Origin: Lytechinus pictus
Lineage: Eukaryota
Direction: 5' to 3'
Length of the DNA: 64,000 bases
NCBI RefSeq assembly: GCF_037042905.1
Contig: NC_087251.1
Span: 8,682,001 to 8,746,000, forward strand
A program made the translations under genes and the position numbers. Positions 36,664-51,200 of the stretch are shown here, piece after piece. The notes below the pieces were generated by a model. It had not been told where the DNA came from. It ran no database searches and worked only from the letters and a program-made list of their open reading frames with translations. The first letter of the stretch is position 1; each line of letters begins with the position of its first letter.

Positions 36664-38178
36664 ATGGTGAAGCTGGAATACATGGAGAAGGAGATGAATG
36701 CTAGCCTGCCCCCTCCTCACTCCACTCCGGCTCCACCTCCACTTCACAGGAGCAAGGGGTTATTTTCAGTGGAGAGCATGTTGTCCCCTAAGGAAGGGGG
36801 CATTGTTAGACGTGAACATCCCCACCATCCCCACCATCATCTTCTTCAACATCGGCATACTCCTCCCCATCTGCATCATCCAGTCATGACGAAGATACAT
36901 GAGCCTATTACCAGAATGGAGTCACCACCTTCAAATCAGACTGTCATTAATGACTCTGAAAGCTTTATAAGACATCATCGCGAGCTCACCCCCAAGGATG
37001 AAATGGAAGAGGAAATGGTGAATGATCAGGACATTGATGTTGAGCATGACCACAAGAATGATGAAGAACAGAAAATGAGCGATACTGAGCCGGAGAGCGA
37101 AAAGAAAGACGAGAATGATGGTGATAAGAAGGAGAAGGAAGATGAGAATGACGAGGAAAAGAAAGAAAAGGACAGTAATTCTACAACGAACAGTGTGCCG
37201 AGAAACAAATACGGTGAGAAACCTCCCTTCAGTTACAATGCTCTTATCATGATGGCCATTCGTTCAAGTCCAGAGAAAAGACTGACTCTCAATGGTATCT
37301 ATGAATACATCATGACAAACTTTCCATATTACCGTGAAAATAAGCAGGGATGGCAAAACTCAATCCGACATAATCTGAGTTTGAACAAATGTTTTGTGAA
37401 AGTTCCTCGACATTACGATGATCCAGGCAAGGGAAATTATTGGATGCTGGACCCTTCAAGCGATGATGTCTTTATTGGGGGTACCACGGGAAAGTTGAGG
37501 AGGAGAACAACAGCAGCTTCTCGTAATCATCGCTTAGCTCAGCTAAAACGAGGAGTTCCTTACATGCATGGTGGTTTCCCATTTCAACTAAGGACTGATA
37601 AACCATATCATATGTATTGGCCATCGGGACCCCTCCTACCATACCCACACCCAGCACACCACAACCATCCCGCACTCAGGTATGATATGACCAGCTCAGC
37701 CGCTGCCGCAGCGGCAGCTATAACGGCTGAGCGACTCTCCGCCGAGCGACTCACTGCTACAGGTGGATCGGGACCATGCGACACCGTCTCTCTGTTCCCG
37801 GGCAACCACCCGCTACCCAAACCAATACCCGGGCATGGTTTCTCAGTGGAGCGGCTTCTCAGTCAACAAGATTCACCTTATAGTGTATCTCCGACTGCAC
37901 GGTTGGGTTCGCCCAACTCCGCTATGGCTGTAGCAGCAGCTGCCGCAGCTGCAGGGTTCGTTTGCTCCGGGCTCCCCCAACTTCAGGTCAGCACATCGAG
38001 TGAGAGCCCTACATCAGGTTGTTGTTATCCTCATCTATCTTACACACAACCTCTACAACCTGGTTCATCTTATGCTGACCTTTACTCGGCTGGCTTGGCT
38101 CATCGACTACCTATATTCCCTCCCGGGATGCTACCCGTGTCGGCTATGCCTCAAGCTCCGCCTATTCACGGCAAGTAA
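36664..38178 (+). CDS. foxG: Forkhead box protein G (BF-1/FOXG1 orthologue), single coding exon
   Basis: Forkhead domain [96 protein letters not shown] (about 37219-37506) is diagnostic of FoxG. It also has eh1-like motifs FSVESML and FSVERLL and a His-rich N-terminus. The track ORF starts at a TTG (36613); in-frame ATGs are at 36646, 36664 (aaaATGG, best context) and 36682. Stop TAA at 38176-38178. Confidence 0.97.
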   Translation: MVKLEYMEKEMNASLPPPHSTPAPPPLHRSKGLFSVESMLSPKEGGIVRREHPHHPHHHLLQHRHTPPHLHHPVMTKIHEPITRMESPPSNQTVINDSESFIRHHRELTPKDEMEEEMVNDQDIDVEHDHKNDEEQKMSDTEPESEKKDENDGDKKEKEDENDEEKKEKDSNSTTNSVPRNKYGEKPPFSYNALIMMAIRSSPEKRLTLNGIYEYIMTNFPYYRENKQGWQNSIRHNLSLNKCFVKVPRHYDDPGKGNYWMLDPSSDDVFIGGTTGKLRRRTTAASRNHRLAQLKRGVPYMHGGFPFQLRTDKPYHMYWPSGPLLPYPHPAHHNHPALRYDMTSSAAAAAAAITAERLSAERLTATGGSGPCDTVSLFPGNHPLPKPIPGHGFSVERLLSQQDSPYSVSPTARLGSPNSAMAVAAAAAAAGFVCSGLPQLQVSTSSESPTSGCCYPHLSYTQPLQPGSSYADLYSAGLAHRLPIFPPGMLPVSAMPQAPPIHGK

Positions 38179-38363
38179 ACTATCACTAGAACTTTATATA
38201 TTCAGGACTTGCAATATTGACTTTGTGACTCTAAAAAAAATATTCATGCAATGTGGGAAATTGTTTTCCTGTAAATGTATTCATGCATGAAATAATTATG
38301 AAGTGAAAGAAATTGTTTTCAAATACTGATAATTTTGCTGCCATGTTTATGATTCCTCCAGAA

Positions 38364-39091
38364 AATAAAGGTACTTAAAATTAACATGCATGGGCCATTG
38401 TATTTTTTGCATAAAACCCCTTTTCTTAACATAATTTTCGACTTAACAACATGCGATCATTACTAATCAATGGAGCTGGTATTTTGTTTAAGCAATGCTT
38501 AAATGATAACACCAAATCAAATTGTTTATCATTGGAAAAATTGTAAAGTCGACGACACGATGGGAATGACAATGTACTCAGCGAATTTATATGAAATTTA
38601 TTATACTTTTGAATTCTTATAACACTTATATGCATGATCAGTATGACAGGTTTTTTTTTACATCCACTACCACCACTTACTTTGATATTGCCTCACTCAT
38701 TTTTATTTTTCTTTAGTAAACAATCCGTGCATATTATTCAGTTATTACAAACTCAATGGAACATGGAGACAAATTTTACTCAACCGACTAGGCCGAAAGG
38801 CTACTGCTGACATTTATTTGTGAATAAAAATAAATTGTCGGGGCATATAATGTCGGGTTTTCATAGTTTTACCCATAAATGATAGTTTATGTATTTCTTT
38901 TCCAGTATTGATGGTTTGTACTATTTTGTCTATAAAATGCTTGCACGCTCCACGTGATGTAGTGGATGTGTAAAGAGTCGGGTCTTGTTATTATTTCACA
39001 CAAAATGTAAGGCAGTTTAAAATTCAATCTAGTTTAGATTGAATTATTTTAATCATAAATGTTCTAAAATGTAGAAGTGAATAAATAAATG
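38364..39091 (+). terminator. Candidate foxG polyadenylation signals
   Basis: AATAAA at 38364, about 38823 and about 39080 in an AT-rich 3' region. Which one is used is unknown. Confidence 0.35.
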
Positions 39092-40795
39092 ACAATGTTT
39101 TATCAGAACATAAACAGTCCGTTTTTTTTTCAAATTGTTACTCAATACATTATGCTTTACTTTTTTTTTATAACCACAGCGAATTATAACAGACACAAAG
39201 GATATTATTTATTTCAAATGAGTTTGTGATTATGTTAAACAAAAGCAAACGACAATCCGACAATCATTTTCCTTTAAATGCTTGTGCCAATTTCGCCAAC
39301 ATTTAGCTTTAAAAAAATTGTCCTTTTCGAAAAACCCTTTGCTCTTTGATATTTATTTCTGTTGTCAACTTGAAAGTTGAATGTTGAACTGTATATATTT
39401 CACGGACGCACAAGTTTTATTTTAAATACTCGATAAACAGAGTTTTCAAATGCTATTAAAGGTCAACATGTGTATTGTTGTGACGTGAAAACCTTTTTTC
39501 TTCAAAATTTGATATTATTACCAGCATTTTAGACAATCAAGGGAGTAACATTTTGTGTCGGTCGTGTACATATCGCTTGCTGAGGTAATACTGTTGAAGA
39601 TTCGCTCCTTTTCTGGATGTTCAGATAATATCAATTAAATCGAAACCAGTTCTAATGAAACTCACATTATCATATTGTGACAATGACAAAAATCATATTT
39701 ATGTAAGAGACAATCAGCATTATTGTTTACTATTGTGACAATCAGTTGAAAATGCAACTCAATAATATTTTAAACTTTTATTGCTTATATTGCATGCAAA
39801 ATAAATTATGACAATCAGAAAGAATAGGTGTTATTTTGATTGCTGCTTCGATTTGATTTTTCCTTAATTTTTGTTTATTATTAATTATTATTATTTTGGG
39901 GTATGTGATTTTAAATAAATATTTAGACTCGATGTTCGTGCATAATCGTTTTAAGATCTTAAACAATTTTTTTTAGTTGACTTATATATATCAAATTTAG
40001 CAGTCCAAATGCAGGTGCAATATATTTTTTGATGTAAATTATGCTTTGTAATTTGTATAGAATTTCTTATAAATTATGAGATTTCACATACAACTTTTTG
40101 GAATGATGTCAGATGCTCGACAAAATATATCAGATTTTAGACATGTTGAAGAGTTGTGTGATTTTATATATTCGTTTTGATTCAGTTTGGATTATGAATC
40201 ATTTTCAACCAATTATGTAGTTCATTATTTGGATTGAATTATGAAACGTCATCAAAATGTAATACTATTTTTGTTGTTGAAAACATTATCATTATTGTTT
40301 TAAATTTTGAAGCTGGCTTTAAGCTTTGGTAAATATTAATAACTAATATGTTTTGGTAAAGTACTAGAAACGATGTTTGTTTTAAAAAATAGGGTGCGTG
40401 GGCTCCCTTATTTCTTTTCTTTCTTTGTTTCTTGGAAAAGCGTTGTCTTTATCTTGATTTGCTGTTAAATACTTGATTCTTCCACCAATATGTTCTGGAA
40501 AAAAGAGGTTAAATAACAATTCACTTTATGTAGCAATGTGACCCCCCCCCCCCGAAAAAAAGGTTAATATTTTCTGCAATGGTGATGCGTATTGTAATAA
40601 TTATTGTAAATTGTATGTGTTATTGAGCGACAATCGGAAAAGAAAACGTTGTATAAACCTTTTATGAAATATTAAAACATCCAGAAGCATTCAATGGTAA
40701 TTGCTGTTAAAAACTTGCTCGTTTATCTATTTCGTGAGTGCTTTCGTCTGAAGTGAAGAATGCAGAGATGTGCTTTTTGTTTGTAAATGATAAAT

Positions 40796-41060
40796 ATGGT
40801 GATGCCTATGAAACTGTCGATGGTGGTGATGATGGTGACGATGATGAGGAGGAGGATGATGATGATGATCATACATGGTGATATGGTGATGAAAATGATT
40901 ATGTTAATGTTGATGATTACAGTATAATACTGATGATCGCAATAATGGTGATAGCTATGATGATGATTATATTATTAATCTGATGATGATGGCGATGTGG
41001 TTATGATAATGACTATGGTGATATCGGTGTTAGTGATTATGATAGTGATGACGATGATTA
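40796..41060. repeat. Degenerate (GAT/GGT)n trinucleotide low-complexity tract
   Basis: Direct reading: gatggtggtgatgatggtgacgatgatgag... Confidence 0.85.
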
Positions 41061-41298
41061 CAATTAGCGATTCCCCTGGTCATGAATAACTGACTTTCTA
41101 AGATTACAAACTAATTTAGTAGGAACAAGTCGGGTTATGAATACGATTTCAAATTTTATTCATTTAAAAAAAAAAAAAATTATTTAAGATCTTATCTGAT
41201 ATATTTTTTTATCTCTTTCAAACTTTATTCATTTGGATAGATGTTAATACTCAATATATTGCTTTGTATGAAGAATAACTCCAGAGGGAAATCTAGTT

Positions 41299-41627
41299 TT
41301 CTGTTAGAAAAAAGAAGAATATTTTACAGAAGAACAATTATAAACAGAATTTACAGAAAGAAATAACCAGTTTATTCCGTAAATTGTTATAACAGAAAAG
41401 TGTTATAACAGAAAAGATTTTCTACAATTTTCCTACAACTTTACAGAACTGGTCTTTTAAAAAGGGGGAAAATGTTTATTACAATAAATAAATTCACATA
41501 CACCAAATACCAATTTTCTGTATTTTTTACACAAATGCATGTAATATTACACAGTGCAGTAAGATTACAGGTGTTCTTGAGACTCTGCTGCAGGAATTTT
41601 TTTGTAAGTAGCAATTTTCTAACAGTG
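41299..41627. mobile_element. Degenerate CACTA-type MITE
   Basis: Right end TTTTCTAACAGTG (reverse complement CACTGTTAGAAAA); left end ctgttagaaaa at 41301 lacks the terminal CA. Internal acagaa repeats. Confidence 0.55.
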
Positions 41628-44600
41628 TGGTCGATGACATATCATATAGAATGGATAGAAATATATACAAGCTATGATTTGCTAACTTTAAAACTTTGCT
41701 GCAATCGCAACGTTGAAAAAAAATCATCCAAAATGAATCATTTAATTTAAACAACATCATCAACAACAACAAGAAATAACGATGAGAATTACTATAAAAT
41801 GCCAATAGACTCCCGCTAACAAAAGTGCATATTACAGTACACTATATGAATAAATGAGTAAGTCAATTATATGAACACCATTTAAGTGTTGAAAAGATCG
41901 AAAATAAAATATTTTTGGTTTTCTTCACTCCGTTTGTGAATCGGAGAATTATGTGGGTCAAGCAATTTACTATTTGCAACTCGATTTCTCAATGAGATTT
42001 TACGGGAGTAAAATGGACTTCAAACCGCTATTGAAATGTAAACCCCAAATTGACTAATTTTCTTCTCCACAATCCTACCCTTCGGATATTTAACTCACTT
42101 GTGAAATTATTGAAAGAAGGGCTGAGTGAGACATTTTGTTCTGGGGTATTTCGAAACAAACACGCCCAAAGAGAAGTGGCGATGCGCGTTTAATCCACGT
42201 TTACAAGTTTGAACAACACAAGCCTTAGCAAGGAGGCACTTACGGGCTTCGCTCGGCGCTAACATGGTGTTTGCAGGTATGACGACGACACTTTACCTTT
42301 TCTTTTTCCCCCTTTCAAACCATGCCCTAATAATTAGATTCCAACTCAGAAGTAAAATGCGTCATGATTTCAAAGCTCCGTTTCACATCAATTGCTTAAT
42401 TGCAGCAGCAAATATGAATGATGTACTAAGTTATCAGATGTGATAGTTACAATTTGATAGGGCGTGTTGCATTTTTGAAATGTATTTAGAGACTTAGCTT
42501 AACACCAACATAACACGGGTCATGACTCTATTGGCTTATATGCATATTATAACATTCATATGATGCCTATGTTGTAACTCGAGTGAAACACATATTAACC
42601 CGTAAACTCTCGTTCGGTCATGGCTTCTTATCTTCATCTATATCTATAGCTGATTGTAATGGAAGATATTTCAGAATTGAAAGAGGAACAAATGAAAGGT
42701 GATGAGGGGAATGAATGAGATCCTTCAAGACTCATTATTTAAACATTTTGATCCATTTGAGAATGGCTTGGTTAAATCATGACTGGTGAAGTGAAAGACA
42801 GATGAGTAGCGAACATGAGCAATCGTCATTTAAAAGAGCAACATTATACAACTCTTCAACAAGTTGAATATACTGTTACTGTGCATATTATTCACGACAT
42901 GATTGATATCTGAAATTCTTCTTCTTCTCTTTCTTCTTCATCATCGTCTTCTTCTTCTTCTTTTTCTTTTTCTCCTAATTCTTATCGGATGTGAACTGAA
43001 TGTAAACAATTAACGAGTGGAAAGAGGGTTGATAATACATCTAAAATAAATATCACAATGGGTATGATACTTCAAATTTAACATTGATTGAAATTAATAC
43101 TGTTAGAACTTACAATAAATGATATTAAAAAAAAAGCATGAAAGACCAAAATGTGAATGCTTCCCCATAATTAAATAAAGCTGTTATCCACCCAGGGATT
43201 TCTTAAAAATAAATATGGAAAAAATACACTTCAAACTGATTATATTATCTAGTTAGCTATACGAAAAATCATTATGAAGGGGTCTTCTTGTTGATACATC
43301 TAATAATTTATTTATTTGTTTATGTATTTACTTATTAATTAATTAATTTATTTGTTTGTTTATCTGTGACAAAATTCAAATCCTGCTTCACAATAGTAAA
43401 AAAAACAATTTCACCAAATGTAAATTCTGTGAACTTGATTTGAACTTAGTTAGTTGGTCAATTGTATTTTTCTAATCGGAAATTTATCCATTCTGCTTCT
43501 TTGTTAGTAAGATTAACATATTCATTTAATGCATTGGTGTGATATAGACCCTCATCCACCCACTTTCTAGCCCCCCCCCTTTCTCCCTCTGTCTGCATGT
43601 ATTTCTCTGGTGCTCTCTCTCTTGATTGACTCAATTTGAAAATGTCATATTGTAAATAACCCCCAAATTACATGAATAATAAAACCAATGTATTTTCTCG
43701 CTAAAACACATCTTTATATACGTTACGATATCAGTTCCATTTCTTTCCTTTTTTTAAACATAAATTGATTTTTCTTTCATTAATTACAATTACTCCAATC
43801 AAAACGTTCACAGATAATATACCAGATAAAAAATACATGAATAGAGAACCCACTGGAAAGTTCAGATTGCTGTGTAGGTTTCATTCAGAATAAACAAGAT
43901 ATCAGTATATTGGTATTCTCGATGTTTTATCTTGAAGAAAATGCATAATGAGTTTACTTTTTCATCGTCAAGTTTGAATGTTTATTATAGGCCCCTAAAA
44001 TATACTTTTCCTGACGAGAATTGCTCAGATGAAAAACTGTGTGTGTATATTTGTGTAAGTGAACATTTGAGCGTTTTGTGATAGGGATATAGACAAAAAG
44101 AGGGTGTGTGTGAGAGAGAGAGATACAGAGACAGAGACAGGCAGAGAGAAAGAAAGTGAGTTGTTGTGAGATGGCGCTATGCATTTTCATTATCTCCTGA
44201 ACATGTTGATAGTGAACAAAAGGAACGGACACTCTTTGAAAGGCGTTTGGCTTTTTTCAATGTTAAGTACCCCCCCCCCCCCCAACAACCCTCCCTATTA
44301 ATTACTGCAATGGAATTCTTGTTTGTGAATGGATGGATATATAGTATGTTTTTACTATCATCTTCAACCCAAAGTTTCATATTCTTATTCATCTCTTCCT
44401 GTTTTCTTTCTATCCCACCGTTCTCTCTCTTGCTTTGTAAGTCTAGGTCTATTGTACACATTAGTATGTTTGTTTTGATTTCGAAGGTTGTGGCAGGATT
44501 TACATTTGACTGTTCCTGAAAGCCAAAGTCGTCTTTACAAACAGAATGTTTCCATAACTTGATGCAAAAAAGGAATATTTTGTTTGCCGTTTAGGCTAAT

Positions 44601-45394
44601 TCTTTTTCGTTTCAGAGGTTCCATACCAATTAATTTCTATGCACCTTTCGTTAATAACCCTCCCTCGCTTCAGTAACATCCTATCATCCGGATCACGATC
44701 TTCATTGAAATACCTGGCGAAGAATCCGTATTTACGTTCATGGCATTTAATATATTATTATCAGGAAGTTTCCTCCATGAAACAATACTACTCGAAACAA
44801 AGAAGAGAGGTGAAGAAAACGCTTTGAATAGATTGCGCACTTTGGAGACTGGTTTTAATGAGAAATAAAGAAAAGTTTGCAAGCAAATCCGTCTGTACGT
44901 CTCGCTTGATTGTATACTATTGATATGAATGGAATTATTACCAAACCACTAGGGTTCCAATAAGCTGACTACAGTCAATAGAAGATGTGCTGTGTAACTG
45001 ATAACCGTAACTAGAACTCAAAACCATGAAGTAACAATTATTCAAACGATTTGATTAATATGAGATTCTTCTCTCATGATTCTGGTATGGAAATGGGGTT
45101 TGCTTATTATTTTTTTAATTGACCTTAAACAGCAGAGGTAACATTGGTTTTTAAAGGGAGGTAATTAGACGAATAAGTGGAATAATTTGGAGGACAATTA
45201 GACATGCTTTGGTTAGCGTACATCCAATTTTACGAAGAGCGGATAACTTTATAATATACTTGGCATATTTCAAAACTGTTTTCCCTGTCATAACAGGAAG
45301 CAGGAAATAAACAACAAATGGTACACTTATTTTGCTCATAAGTCAAAGAACACACCCTTGCTTTCCAATGATTGTTCGTTCTTCTGAAATTATA

Positions 45395-45578
45395 CACTCT
45401 TAAAAATGTTTGGCAACATACTGTCCACACAACAATTGGTTAAAACCTTATCCAATTCTGGGTAGTTTTAAACCAATGTGTGCTTTTGGTGAAAACTACA
45501 CAGTATTGGTTGAAAACTACCCAGAGTTGGATAATTTTTTGACTGTGTGGACAGTATGTTTCCAACATTTTAAGAGTG
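45395..45578. mobile_element. CACTA-type MITE, 184 bp, TA TSD
   Basis: TIRs CACTCTTAAAAATGTTTGGCAACATACTGTCCACACA and (reverse complement) CACTCTTAAAATGTTGGAAACATACTGTCCACACA. TA at 45393-45394 and 45579-45580. Confidence 0.9.
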
Positions 45579-48107
45579 TACACAAACATCTAATTCTATG
45601 GGTGCAAATTATTCAAATCATTAATAGCAAATAATACTTTTTAAAATACACCCTTTGATGCGATTCTTCCCCCTTAATCATGTTACTGTAATTTTTAGGG
45701 ATACATTGCCTATCAAATCGTTTAAAACCCATAAAAGTAAGCTCTATGTTTGATGATTAAAAATAATTTCTAAATTTATCTGAATGGCCCCCGTTTTCCT
45801 CTCATTCTCACTCATCATTCCTATTTTATATGGGCGTCCTCTGATTCATCTATTTTATTAAAATCTGATATCTGAAGAGAAATTTATATTCCTTTGAAGG
45901 TAAAAAGATTTCATTTGCTTTTGATACGTTTCATTGGTCCTAGCATTTAAGATTCTCGAGTAATCATAAAAGAGGAAACTTACTTAATCTATCACTAATT
46001 TTCCCTGTTTATATCCTATTTCGATTTCCTTCTATGACGGACATAAAGCATAGTATTCATGCCATTTACATTTAATTCAAATAAAATCTATGCCTGTACG
46101 AAATAAATAAATCTTTTAAAATCTTTATTGTAGGAAATTTACTATATGAGCGAATATTCTCGCATATGTTTCTATTCCTATAAATCAGTATACACTTTTG
46201 ACCCCTCACGCTGTTTCATTTACTACCGAGTTGGTCTGACTCTGGCGTGGTGAGGCACTGCTAAAATTTATAGTCTTTGATGTGCTGGAGACAAATTGCA
46301 ACTACGATTCAAAGAAAGTGATTTGTGACACGTCTTTGAATTACATATTAGTATGCTACTCTCGCACGGGACTTATATACAAAAATAATTCAAAATAGAA
46401 TTTCATTTATATGTAACGGAAAAATAACAGAGAATGGTTCTCAGCGCCGCAGTGAACCATAGTATACACTGAACAAGTTTTTAAGAGAGTGAGAGATGAA
46501 AAAATGGCAAATATCAGATTAGAAAAATTAATTACATATTTTTTTTATTAATTCTTATTCTTCTTCGTAGTTATTCGCTCTAAAATGAATTTGTATGAAC
46601 ATTTACATGTTTAGGGCCATTTCGAGTTAATGAAAACAATTACCAGTCAAATGATTTGTAAAAAAATAACAATGTTGAATAATTGCTTCTATGACTCACA
46701 ATAATCAATGTGATAATGTGAGCATTAAACCATGTTAATCGAAGGATAATCCATAGCATGGTGTATTTAACAATATTTCAAAATTAAGGGAGAGTAAATA
46801 TGAAATGTACGGCTCAATTCATATTAGTCAATATTGTTATTAATGTGATGTGCGCAATGAGAACAGGGCAAACATTGTTCGCATAAAGGGTGAAATACTA
46901 AGTTTAACCACTTTGTTTGATTTTCTCACGGCCTTTATCGAAAATATCAAGAACTTGTATCGTATTTCAATCAATACAATTTGATCAATATTTTATTGAT
47001 TGAAAATTATCTATTTCAAATAAACGATAGATACCAAGATGTACAACAAGGTCTTATTTGAAAAACAGAAATCGACATATGTTTCGAGGCATTGACCTTG
47101 AGAAGGGGGGGGGGGTATGCTTACTTGGGAGAGAAAAGGGTGTTTAAGATCTTCTATAAGCAGGTTACATTATTTTTAAAGAACTTAGTATTTAAAGAAT
47201 ACAGAGAACGTGTTGTATATTATGACAACTCTAGTAGCGGTAGCTTGGCTAGGGGACATAGATACAAAACTTCTGTCAACGAGAGAGGCTTGATATCACA
47301 TTAAGAACCAAGTGGATTCCATATTCTAGATTCTTTATCCTTTCTATTCAGTTGGTCCACTTTCGGATGCTCTTTGCTCTTGCATTGTTTGGGTTCAGTA
47401 TTGACAGAATGGGAATATCTCATTTTTTCAGTTTCGTAGAATGATTACGAGATACTTTTTACACCATTATTGGATCTATCTCCCTTAATAAAATAGCAAT
47501 CATTTGAATTGAGAAGAAAATAATGTATATCATTTATCTCTTCTTCTCTACCATAGCTCCTATCATGACTATGGAATATAATCTCGGCTGTTGATTGAAT
47601 TCTTTACTGAACAAAGTAAAATCAAATGTTTAAACGCCCCCCCCCTCCCAACCCAAAATTTCCTGTTAAATTTGAACAGTTACTTTATGCGAGGGTACTT
47701 AATAGATTCTATTTATGACTTCTTTTCAGAATTACAAAGGTGCTGGTAATCTAGTCATTTTTTATAGAATCTTCATAAACTGCCCCTTTTGTATTGTATC
47801 TTGCTTGTGATTAAATTTTTTTCAGGGAAACGTTGAGTATCGGGACCTCAGTCATGTCATTGACTCTATGATTCTAAATAGAGTAATTTTAGACCAACGA
47901 ACACTTTTCCATTCAACAGGTTCGAACTGACGTGATAATGACGAGAATTCTCGTGAAAATCAAACCAGACCGTTTGATCACATAAGTTAAATGTCGAGAA
48001 TCGTAACAAATTTTGGCCATATTCACCATGCATAATTTTTTTTTTAAAACTCGAATTGTGGCAGTTTTTACCAGAGTCACGCTAATGGCATAGAGTTAAT
48101 CTTGTAA

Positions 48108-48266
48108 GGGCTCTGTAAAACGAAGTAATAGTAATCAATCTTAAATTTTCAGTCCAATTAAGGTCATTGCTGTATGCATATCTCATTTAAAATACCGACC
48201 ACTGACCAATCACAATGCTTGTTTCAGCTTTGTGGTTGATCGCAAAATTTTGTGTTAAAAGGTCCC
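48108..48266. mobile_element. Possible old MITE remnant
   Basis: Weak inverted similarity between gggctctgtaaaacgaag...atcaatc and ggttgatcgc...tttgtgttaaaaggtccc. Confidence 0.3.
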
Positions 48267-51200
48267 CAGACCAGTGGAAGATCAGACAACATACAACATG
48301 AATCAAAGCGTTGCCGACGGATACATCGTACAATCGTTTCAATCAACTACCCGTGGCCTGATTTTTAAGATATCCTTTTTCACCTTACATCGGGACTTGT
48401 TCCGCCACTGTCGAAATAAACAGCTGCTAGAAATCATAATATTGAAATACATATTGTAAAGATTCTAGAAAATAGCGTTCGTTATGATAATAATGAAAAT
48501 ATAATGTTAAGTACATCCAGGTGGTTTAAGTAATTTATTATTTTTTTTAAATTTTGCTCAATAAATGCCTATATATATACGGAAAACTAAAAAAAAAACA
48601 AAAAAAAAAAACACTCAACTATTGGTATCTTCCTATTCATAGCCAAATGCAATTTTGCTATTCATGATGAATCATTAAATTTTCAGGAAGTTACGATTCT
48701 ATACAAATTGAGGAAACTTAAAAAGAATAATTTCAATACATTTTATATATTTTGTTGCATATTTTCTTCACGCAGTGTGTTTTTACGACTGTCTATTAAG
48801 ACTTATCCCTCATGCTTGGCCGGACAAACTTTGAACGACACATGACCCTGTCACAAAATATTTCTTCCCAATTATTAAACAAACAAAAATATTTTGTTGC
48901 ACTTATTTGAAAATCTTATTGTCTTTCTGCTCTCTAATTTTCATACGACCTCAATCATATCAATGAATTGTTTCTTCGAGTTTTATTTGTATATTTGTGA
49001 CTGTTCATCAGTTATTGTATTTCAATCTTTAAACTGACACTTGTCAAAATGTTCCCAGGTGTATCCACCTCGCTATACTATCATAGATGACCTTTGTCAG
49101 CTAACGCATTGGTATTTCATGCACTTTGTCTGAACTTGCATTTATTGAGACTATTCCACAACACAATTTTATTTCCTACAATAGATGACCATGCCTGCAT
49201 ACAGCCAATGTTATGGAAAATAATTTTTGTTTGTTTGTTCTGCACTAAACAAATCAATATCAACATTTATTTTTTATGCTATCATATAGTTTGAACAAAG
49301 TAATTGAATATGAAATAAGTCTAAATAAACACATATTCTAATCATGGACTGAACTGTCGCTCGATTTAAATTAGGAAGTTGTCATTTTGTTTATGATATT
49401 GATAGACGAACTAAAATTGAATTTGAAGACTAGAAAATTAGAAAGTGTGTTTTGTATATGTCATTCTTTTATTTTGATGCGTTCTGCATATTCGTGTTCA
49501 ACGTGATTTAAAAAGTTATATATTTTCAGCGATAAAGAGCTGTGTGATAAGCGAGTGCAATTTGAACGAGAAAATACATCCCTATATTTGAATAAAAACA
49601 TTATTTTACGGCCTCCTACGGTCATGGCGGTAACAGTTTGATTTTAATCAAAGTCACAAACAAACCTTTAACATGGTATTTCTTATTATTAAGTTATTTA
49701 CTATCATCACTATCACTCGAACTATATTGGAAATTAAGGTTGTTGTATATAGCATGCATTATGGGTATCATTACAAATTTAGTTGGTACTGCACTCGCTT
49801 AATTATTTCGAAATGATTTGAAATGACATCACAAAATTATATTAGTCAATAAAGAGAATCAAAGTCACGGGTTAACAGTTTTGTAACATGAGCAGATTTT
49901 TCTTTGACATTGGAATTATCCCTTGTCATGATTTTAAATCGATCACTTGTGACATACTGCACCTAACAAAATTAAGTAATTAAAAATCTTATTAAAAAAA
50001 ATCTGTCTAAATGATTATTCTGAAGAGCTCTGAAACCAACCGTGACGTGATTTTATTATTGAACATCACATGCACGATTGAATGATTTTCAGTTAATATT
50101 TGGGTGGAATGAATACATGATGTCACTTACGTAAATGCGAACTGAAAAAATAGAAATATTTAGTTAATGTAGACAGCGGTTTAATGCCACAGAGAACATA
50201 TGTGTGTTTTATAACATTTCTGATAAAAAAACTACAGTAATGAATTAAATCGTGAAATCCATTTCGCAACAGAAGGAAAATGCGATGTGCAACAAGTGAA
50301 TGACTAGCGGGGCATGAAGGTCGTGGCTAGCCAGAAGTTCTGGGTGAGTATTTGGCACCAAACGGCCTCAACTACTCGTGCATTTCGGTGATCAAACCAC
50401 CAGCAATACAATTAGAGTCGTTTTATCTAGTTTCTTTCTTTTATTTCCCCCAACGCGATCGTTGTTTGCATTCCCATCTTTGTGTATGGAATCTTTGTGG
50501 ATATCAATTTTGGTTTTGTCTTTGTTCCACTTATATTTGTCATTAAATATGGATTTGGTTTCATGGATACGCTTTATGACAGGTGTGTTGAAAAGCGGTC
50601 TGTTCATGATGTTGAGGCAAGTTAGAAGTTCTAGGGAAAAAAAGGCAAGAAGCATCTCTTTTTTGTGTGTGTGATAAGGTGGAATAAATGAAATAGCAAA
50701 TTGATATGTTTGTGGAAAGATGTATTATTTCATCTGAAACTCTGTCACTGACTGTATTTATATTCAAATCTGCATTTGGCGGCCAGGTCATAATCGATCA
50801 AAGTTGTACACAGAAAATTATTTAATGCAGAATTGCAGGTTTTTTTTTTTTTGAACACTTTCCGTCTTTTTAAGACGAAAGCGGTTCGGTCCATTCTATT
50901 TTGTGCAATAGTTTTCAATACTAATGGTTTTATTTACACTCACACTGGGTCAGCCATCAGGTGTAATTCCATTGTTGTATGATCTTCAGCCCGTTTTCAG
51001 GCCCTTTAAATGAGATTTACCCACTTTTATGTAATGACCTTGTTTTCTTTTTTTTTTAATTGCCAATTTTTGGTGTCGTAAATTGGTTCCACTTGGCAAT
51101 GTGAACGATTTTTCCTCAGAAAATTCGAAGTATCCACAAAGAGCTACGATTGACTCAAATTAAAGTCAATTTAAAATTGATCATAATTATTTCCAAGGTG

